64,000 nucleotides of DNA from a virus (taxonomy: Duplodnaviria > Caudoviricetes), in the IMG/VR virus record IMGVR_UViG_2934156241_000001, positions 31,559-95,558 of that record; one strand, 5' to 3'. Below are positions 58,571 to 64,000 of the stretch, piece by piece. Position numbers and translations under genes: made by a program. Numbering within the stretch: the first letter of the stretch is position 1; each line of letters opens with the position of its first letter. Under the pieces are notes generated by a model that was given only the letters and a program-made list of their open reading frames with translations, did not search any database and had not been told where the DNA came from.

Positions 58571-59584
58571 ATGCCAGTCGGCTACGGATCACACACCGCG
58601 CGCATCATCGACCGTGATGGTGCCGTGGTTGCCAATGCCAGCGTGCTGCTGGAAGTCGAGTGGAACCGGGTGCTGGACGACATCTCGACCGCGCGGATTC
58701 TCGTTCAGCCCGATGGGGACTGCTGCGGTCAGATGGCCCGAGTCCGGGCATGGCGGCACAAGCTGATGATCTACCGCAACGCGTCCCCATGCTGGGAGGG
58801 GCCGATCGTCTCACCGGAATGGCGCACGGACGGGACAGTCGAGATCCAGGCCATGGACGTTCTCGCGTGGCTGGACCGCCGAGTTCCACATCAGAGCATC
58901 CGCTTCACGGGGGAGGAGTTGGCGAGCGTCGCCGGTTGGCTGATCGAGGACGGGTTCCTGCCGGATGACCCGGGCCACACTGTCGAGGTGATCGGCCCGA
59001 CCCGAGTCAGGGGGGACCGGCAGTACGTGAAGGATGTCGGACAGACCGGTGACCATCTGCGTGACCTCGCAGCGACAGGGCTCGACTTCACCGCAGTGGG
59101 GTCTCGGATTCTGCTCCTGCCGGAGGACCACTGCGGCCGTGTCGGCTCGCTGAGCGACACGGATTTCCCGGACGGCCTGGTGATCGTCGAGGACGGGCAC
59201 GCGCTCGCCACACGGTGGGTGGTGCATGGCTCGGAGGGCGTGGCGGGAGAAGCGGGCGGTGTGGACCCGTACTACGGGCTGCTGGAACAGTACGTCGAGG
59301 AGACATCGATCCTGGACGAGACGTCCGCGACGATGGCCGCCCAGTCCAAGCTTCGTGCTTCTTTGCCCGCCCCCGTGTTCATCGACTCCCAGGAGACGAC
59401 GCTCGCGCCGGAGGCCGCAGTCGATGTGCCGTCGCTCGTGCCGGGGTGGTGCGTGGACGTGACGACCACAGCGACATGCCGGAACATCTCCCAGTCGCTC
59501 AAGATCCTCGGCGTCAAGGTGACCGAGGACGGGGACGGCGAGCAGGTCAAGGTGCAGCTCACCCCGGCCGGACTTGGGGGCTGA
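58571..59584 (+). CDS. Minor tail / baseplate hub protein
   Basis: W.RVLDDIS.A, L.IYR....WEGPI, D.LAWLDRR, YYGLLE, LVPG. Confidence 0.75.
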   Translation: MPVGYGSHTARIIDRDGAVVANASVLLEVEWNRVLDDISTARILVQPDGDCCGQMARVRAWRHKLMIYRNASPCWEGPIVSPEWRTDGTVEIQAMDVLAWLDRRVPHQSIRFTGEELASVAGWLIEDGFLPDDPGHTVEVIGPTRVRGDRQYVKDVGQTGDHLRDLAATGLDFTAVGSRILLLPEDHCGRVGSLSDTDFPDGLVIVEDGHALATRWVVHGSEGVAGEAGGVDPYYGLLEQYVEETSILDETSATMAAQSKLRASLPAPVFIDSQETTLAPEAAVDVPSLVPGWCVDVTTTATCRNISQSLKILGVKVTEDGDGEQVKVQLTPAGLGG

Positions 59585-59585
59585 G

Positions 59586-60065
59586 GTGGCGCTGAGAGGG
59601 TCCTCGACGCGGCGGTCGACCGCCAGCCCTCTGACGAGTGTGCTGCGCGATCTGGACCGCCGCACACGGTCGGCGCAGTACACGCCGGGGCGCGCCGGTC
59701 CCTCCGGTCCCCCCGGGCCGCCCGGCAAAGAGGGGCCGATGGGCCTGCCGGGCTCGGCCGGTGCGCCGGGCCTGCTGGCTGCGGTGCTGGTGCGGACGGG
59801 GGCGGACGGGCGGGCGACCTGGACGTACACGGCGCCCTTCGCCGCAGCGCCCGTCCTGGGGGCACTCGTTCACGACTCCGCTCCGGACGGGGCAACAACG
59901 CTCACCGTGGTACTGGAGACGGTGACTGCGACACAGGCGACGGTGCGAGTGTGGCGGACCCGGGCCCTGCTGGGGCTGGGCCTGCTGCCCGCCGTGCCGG
60001 CCGGTGCCGGTATCGCCGTCCACCTCACGGCTACGCCTCTCACGTCTGTCCAGCTACCCTCGTGA
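59586..60065 (+). CDS. Collagen-like minor tail protein
   Basis: GPSGPPGPPGKEGPMGLPG; WTY.APFAAAPV. Confidence 0.75.
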   Translation: MALRGSSTRRSTASPLTSVLRDLDRRTRSAQYTPGRAGPSGPPGPPGKEGPMGLPGSAGAPGLLAAVLVRTGADGRATWTYTAPFAAAPVLGALVHDSAPDGATTLTVVLETVTATQATVRVWRTRALLGLGLLPAVPAGAGIAVHLTATPLTSVQLPS

Positions 60066-60087
60066 CGCCGCTGGTTGTGGGCCGGGC
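60055..60087 (+). promoter_or_regulatory. Late-gene motif copy 5
   Basis: TACCCT 60055; gctggttgtgggccgggc 60070-60087. Confidence 0.7.
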
Positions 60088-60113
60088 ACATCTTCCTCCG
60101 AGGGGAGTGAGTC

Positions 60114-60836
60114 GTGGCGAGCGTCTGCGCCTGTGGTGAGTACTTCGTCGTGAACGAAGAGGGCGAACTGTGCCTAACGCCAGGCACGATGGGACTCCGG
60201 CGCATGCTGACGTTCAGCACGCCCGGCACCTATCAGTTTCAGAAAGCGGATTACCCCTGGCTGTCCCGTGTCCGGGCCCAGGCGCAGGGCGGTGGGGGCG
60301 GGGGCGGCGGCGCTGACTCCGAGCCGAATGAGGCGATTTTCCGCCCCGGGGGTGCTGGTGGCGGCTGGTCGGCGTCGATCCTGAACGTGTCCCTGCTGGG
60401 CGCGGTGGAGACGATCGTGGTCGGTGCCGGAGGGGCCGGCGGGTCAGGGAACCTGCCTGGCGTCGCGGGCGGAACCAGTTCGTTCGGTGGGCTTGTGGTG
60501 GGCAGGGGCGGTGACGGCGGGACCGCGAGCATGACCTCCGGTACCGGCATGACTACCACCTCCGGGATCGCCGGCCCATTCGGCGGGTCGGGACAGATGG
60601 CCATGGGAGGGGGGCCCGGGGAGGGCGCGATCCGTCTGAGTGGTACGTCCGGCCGTGCGGGTATGGGCGGGGCCTCCCACCTCGGGCACGGCGGGTACGG
60701 GCGCGCCACCCATGGTCCGGGCACCTCGGCCCGTGGGTGGGGCGGTGGCGCCGGCGGTGCCGTGAGCATCGGTGGAGAGGCACAGCCCGGGTCCGACGGC
60801 GGGTTCGGCATCGTCATCATCGAGCTGTACGGCTGA
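60114..60836 (+). CDS. Glycine-rich tail fibre protein
   Basis: F..PGTY.F, GGGGGGG, VGAGG.GG, GGTSSFG, G.GG.GIVIIE. Confidence 0.85.
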   Translation: MASVCACGEYFVVNEEGELCLTPGTMGLRRMLTFSTPGTYQFQKADYPWLSRVRAQAQGGGGGGGGADSEPNEAIFRPGGAGGGWSASILNVSLLGAVETIVVGAGGAGGSGNLPGVAGGTSSFGGLVVGRGGDGGTASMTSGTGMTTTSGIAGPFGGSGQMAMGGGPGEGAIRLSGTSGRAGMGGASHLGHGGYGRATHGPGTSARGWGGGAGGAVSIGGEAQPGSDGGFGIVIIELYG

Positions 60837-60837
60837 C

Positions 60838-60969
60838 CTGTCCGGACACCCGCGCGGACACTGCCCGGATAGTGTCCGCGCAGGTCAGCCCCCATGTCCC
60901 TGGGGTTGGCCAGGCACGTGTCCGGCGGTGCCCGGACAGAGCCCGGACATGTGTCCGGCCGTGTCCGGA
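60838..60969. repeat. TGTCCGGACA/CCGGACA repeat cluster 4
   Basis: Intergenic array around a central gcaggtcag. Confidence 0.8.
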
Positions 60970-60979
60970 GGCGCTGTTC

Positions 60980-61012
60980 TAAACTCGGATCGCTGCTGGT
61001 TGTGGGCCGGGC
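60980..61012 (+). promoter_or_regulatory. Late-gene motif copy 6 (before lysis cassette)
   Basis: TAAACT 60980; gctggttgtgggccgggc 60995-61012. Confidence 0.7.
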
Positions 61013-61035
61013 ATCCTCCGACATGGAGATGTCCT

Positions 61036-61317
61036 ATGAGTACAACGCTCAGCCCGGTCCCCACCGTGGGCCGTACCGTTCATTACGTCAGCCTCGGGAC
61101 GCCCGTCCGTCCGGACGGCTCGCAGCAGTTTCCCGCAGTCTGCCGTGCTGCGATCGTCACCGAGGTCGATCCGGCCGAGCAAGGGCGTGTCGGGCTCGTC
61201 GTCCTCAATCCGAGCGGCCAGTTCTTCCATCCGCTGAGTGCGGGCGGCTGTGAGCACGTGGCGGTCGGGGAGCAGCGAGCGGCCGGCGGCACGTGGCACT
61301 GGCCGGAGCGTGTGTGA
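61036..61317 (+). CDS. Conserved small actinophage protein
   Basis: PTVGRTVHY..RAAIVTEV..V.L.VLNP.G.FF..GTWHWPERV; GGAG RBS. Confidence 0.75.
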   Translation: MSTTLSPVPTVGRTVHYVSLGTPVRPDGSQQFPAVCRAAIVTEVDPAEQGRVGLVVLNPSGQFFHPLSAGGCEHVAVGEQRAAGGTWHWPERV

Positions 61318-62354
61318 TGGCCGTCCCGCTCACAGCCGATCAGTTGCTCGCTGCGCTGCGCGCCGAGGGCCTGACCGTCGTGCAGGTCGGTGACTGGCGT
61401 ACCCACAACCGCAACCAGAAAGGCCCCTGGGGGCCCGTGCACGGATCGATCGTCCATCACACGGTGACGTCCGGGGCTGCGTCCACGGTCACGATCGTCC
61501 GCGACGGATACGCGGCCCTGCCCGGCCCGTTGTGCCACGGGATGATCGCCAAGGACGGGTGGGTGCACCTGGTCGGGTACGGCCGCACCAACCACGCCGG
61601 CGGTGGCTGCCCGGACGTGTTGGGTCAGGTGATCGCGGAGTCCTACGGCACCCGTCCCAGCCTTCCTACCCGTGGCAACTCCGATGGCACAGACGGCAAT
61701 CGGCACTTCTACGGGTGGGAGTGCGAGAACCTCGGCGACGGACAGGACCCGTGGCCGGATCAGCAGTACGCCGCGATCGTGCGTGTCCAGGCCGCCGTCA
61801 TTCGCGCTCACCGCGCGAAGGGTGACGAGTGGGGCCTGGATGCCAAGTCGACGCTCGGCCACTTGGAGTGGTCGAGCGACAAGGTCGATCCGATCGGATT
61901 CACCATGCCCACTCTGCGCGCCGACGTCGCGGAGCGGTTGAGGCACCCCGCGAGCTGGGACCCGACAGAAGAGGACGACATGCCTACACGCTCCAACCCA
62001 GTAGTGAAGAAGACGCTGGAGAGGCCCGGCGGCGAGTGGCTGCCGGTGCCGCTGGACGGCGCCCTCGTGACCGGAGCCGCGCACTACTCCGCCACGGTGA
62101 CGGTGCGTCTGGCCGGTGTTGCGGCCGGGGCGACAGTGCAGCTGCGGTACTACGAGACCGAGGGCGGCAAGCGCACCAAGACCGGTCAGATCGTAGAGCG
62201 TCTGGGCACGGACGGGGACACCTTCGTGGACATCAGCAACGGGGGCGGGCACTGCGACGAGGGAGCGGTCCTGGGCGTCGAGTACGCGATTTTCGGCGAC
62301 GAGGGAACTCACGACCTGGTGTCCGGCCAGGCCCAGCTCCTCTACTGGAAGTGA
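61317..62354 (+). CDS. Endolysin, N-acetylmuramoyl-L-alanine amidase (Amidase_2)
   Basis: IVHHT, LPGPLCH, GR.NHAG, GN..FYG.ECEN, GH.EW...K.DP. Confidence 0.92.
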   Translation: MAVPLTADQLLAALRAEGLTVVQVGDWRTHNRNQKGPWGPVHGSIVHHTVTSGAASTVTIVRDGYAALPGPLCHGMIAKDGWVHLVGYGRTNHAGGGCPDVLGQVIAESYGTRPSLPTRGNSDGTDGNRHFYGWECENLGDGQDPWPDQQYAAIVRVQAAVIRAHRAKGDEWGLDAKSTLGHLEWSSDKVDPIGFTMPTLRADVAERLRHPASWDPTEEDDMPTRSNPVVKKTLERPGGEWLPVPLDGALVTGAAHYSATVTVRLAGVAAGATVQLRYYETEGGKRTKTGQIVERLGTDGDTFVDISNGGGHCDEGAVLGVEYAIFGDEGTHDLVSGQAQLLYWK

Positions 62355-62361
62355 CGAACTG

Positions 62362-62601
62362 ATGCTGACGACTGCTGCATTCTGGCGTGCCACGGCCGAG
62401 CGATCCGTACGGACAGCTGCCCAGACCCTGCTGGCCACGCTCGGCCTGGACCACGTCGGTGTCCTGGACGTCGACTGGGGACAGGGCATGTCGCTGGCCG
62501 GTAGCGCGGCGCTCCTGGCCGTGCTCACTGCCCTTGCGGCGTCCGGCGGGTCCGGCGGCCCGGGGATCACGGAGGCCGTTCGGGACAGGGAGGGCACGTG
62601 A
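62362..62601 (+). CDS. Holin (r1t-like)
   Basis: FWRATAERSVRTAAQTLLA...VDW...LLAVLT.LA. Confidence 0.88.
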   Translation: MLTTAAFWRATAERSVRTAAQTLLATLGLDHVGVLDVDWGQGMSLAGSAALLAVLTALAASGGSGGPGITEAVRDREGT

Positions 62602-62963
62602 GCGACAGCACCGGGGTCTGGGCCGTGGACACGATCGTGGTCTGGGCGGCTGCCGTCGCGGCCGTCGCCGCGGCCCTCGCCCTGCTGTGGGCCGTGGTTC
62701 GCGGTATCCGTCGCATCGTGGCGGCGGTGGACACAATCGCGGAGGACTGGCAGGGCGTCCCGGCGCGGCCCGGGGTGCCGGCGCGGCCCGGGGTGATGGA
62801 GCGGTTGGACGGAATCGAGGGGCGTGCTGGCGAGATCGAGCGGCGGGTCGGTGGGATCGAGCACGAGTTGCACCCCAACAGCGGGGCCTCGTTGAGGGAT
62901 GCGATCGACCGGGTGGACCGGCGGACGTCGTGGCTGCACGACGACCGAGATCAATCGGAGTGA
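62598..62963 (+). CDS. Lysis-cassette membrane protein
   Basis: N-terminal TM; DW.G.PARPGV..RPGV.ERL; HEL.PN.G.SLRDA. Confidence 0.8.
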   Translation: MSDSTGVWAVDTIVVWAAAVAAVAAALALLWAVVRGIRRIVAAVDTIAEDWQGVPARPGVPARPGVMERLDGIEGRAGEIERRVGGIEHELHPNSGASLRDAIDRVDRRTSWLHDDRDQSE

Positions 62964-63045
62964 TTGCAGGTTGCTCGCTGGCGGGATCAGGGAGAATACC
63001 CAGCATGCCCGTTACCATCTTCACAAAATCTACATGCGGGGGATC

Positions 63046-63543
63046 ATGCGAAGAGTGGCTTCGGCTGTCGGCGCGATAGGGATGGCCGTATCACTGACTG
63101 CATGCGGTGGGACAGAGCCCAAGGCCGTGGATGAGCCCGCAGTGCCAGCCGCAGAGATGCAATCGGTTAAGAAGGTCGAGGGCAATGCGGACATACCGAA
63201 CTGGGTAACCAGCCGTACGTTCCCCACCCTCACGTACGTGAAGTACAGCGAGTACCGCAAGGCGACGGGGGATGATCTTCGCGGCGCGTTGGAGCACTTC
63301 GGAGGCAGTAGCCCCAGTGCTGCGGACGCCGTGGAGTACTGGGAAGAGCAAGGGGTCTCATCCGCCAAGGAAGCGTACTTTGCGGCTGACGTGTCGGAGG
63401 GGGACCTCAAGCAGCTGTGTACGTTCGCTCTCGGCCGGCTCCCCAAGCGCAGCGTCGTGGTGATCCGAGATGCCAACACGGGCACAGAGGCCAGCGCCAA
63501 CACGAGGATGGGCGAGGGGGATGAGCCGGGCAGCTGTGCGTAG
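63046..63543 (+). CDS. Lipoprotein (lower GC)
   Basis: MRRVASAVGAIGMAVS-LTAC lipobox. Confidence 0.75.
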   Translation: MRRVASAVGAIGMAVSLTACGGTEPKAVDEPAVPAAEMQSVKKVEGNADIPNWVTSRTFPTLTYVKYSEYRKATGDDLRGALEHFGGSSPSAADAVEYWEEQGVSSAKEAYFAADVSEGDLKQLCTFALGRLPKRSVVVIRDANTGTEASANTRMGEGDEPGSCA

Positions 63544-63593
63544 GTGTGCAGCGTACGGCCCAGCCGAGCTGCCAGACCGCCCGGAGCGATCGG

Positions 63594-63720
63594 CACTGTC
63601 CGGACACGGTGTCCGGGCAGTGCCGCGCCCCTGTCTGAGCGCCACGGAATGGATGGGGTGTGACCAGCGCGGACACGTATCCGGACAGTGTCCGGATACG
63701 TCGGGTGAGGGTGTCCGGGC
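63594..63720. repeat. TGTCCGGACA/CGGACAC repeat cluster 5
   Basis: ctgtccggacacggtgtccggg...cggacacgtatccggacagtgtccggatac...gtgtccggg. Confidence 0.8.
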
Positions 63721-63764
63721 GCCGGGCTCTGGCATGCTGGTCGGCCCGATTACCGGAGGTCTTC

Positions 63765-63995
63765 ATGACGACACCAGACCTCGACCGCGAGCTCGCGGCG
63801 GTGGTCGCCCAACTGCCGCAGCCGTCCCTGAACGACGTGCTGCGCGCCAGAGGTGAGGCTGCTGCAGCACTTCATCGGCCAGGACATCGGCGAGGCGCTG
63901 ACGGCCTAGGTCCTGTCTGGGATTCGGATCATGAGTGCGGTGTGATGCTGCGGATCCAGAGCATCGCGCCGCAGAGGTGGAGTCCGGCTTCGTAG
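63765..63995 (+). CDS. Small hypothetical protein
   Basis: GGAGG RBS before ATG 63765. Confidence 0.45.
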   Translation: MTTPDLDRELAAVVAQLPQPSLNDVLRARGEAAAALHRPGHRRGADGLGPVWDSDHECGVMLRIQSIAPQRWSPAS

Positions 63996-64000
63996 CTCTG

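Larger units (their letters stand above)
1..64000 (+). mobile_element. Actinobacteriophage/prophage region (siphovirus-type, cluster-B-like head module); ends not in window
   Basis: Ordered terminase-portal-protease-capsid-tail-tape measure-endolysin-holin genes, preceded by accessory and DNA-modification modules; no host housekeeping gene recognised. Confidence 0.95.

Overview
The whole window is one high-GC actinobacterial (Streptomyces-like) siphovirus-type element: phage, prophage or plasmid-phage. No integrase, replicase or repressor gene is visible, so the lifestyle cannot be called. Almost all real genes are on the + strand. (1) 1-15.2 kb: accessory cassettes of small or mosaic genes (DUF6884-, PP2C-, DUF3560-, NERD-like and orphans). 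Eight of these units carry the same promoter/operator, built from TTGCAA hexamers at an exact 13-bp period around a TTGACA -35. (2) 16-22.5 kb: a DNA-modification locus with three ParB-like paralogs, a deleted GP88-like remnant, a DpdA/TGT-like transglycosylase, a divergent QueD paralog, QueD, QueE and FolE, but no QueC. (3) 22.6-36 kb: terminase with two endonucleases, a CxxC membrane protein, portal, a MuF/2H-phosphoesterase/protease fusion, and hexamer- plus pentamer-type capsid proteins, organised like cluster-B mycobacteriophages. (4) 36-61 kb: very Cys-rich structural genes, including a 2672-aa modular protein with cargo domains inserted into one loop of a repeated scaffold, a Stealth-like transferase, and tail genes. 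(5) Lysis cassette and a lipoprotein. Two more dispersed DNA signals were found: an 18-bp motif GCTGGTTBTGGGCCGGGC ahead of six late genes, and five clusters of TGTCCGGACA/CCGGACAC repeats. All family calls come from motif recognition by eye; no database search was run.
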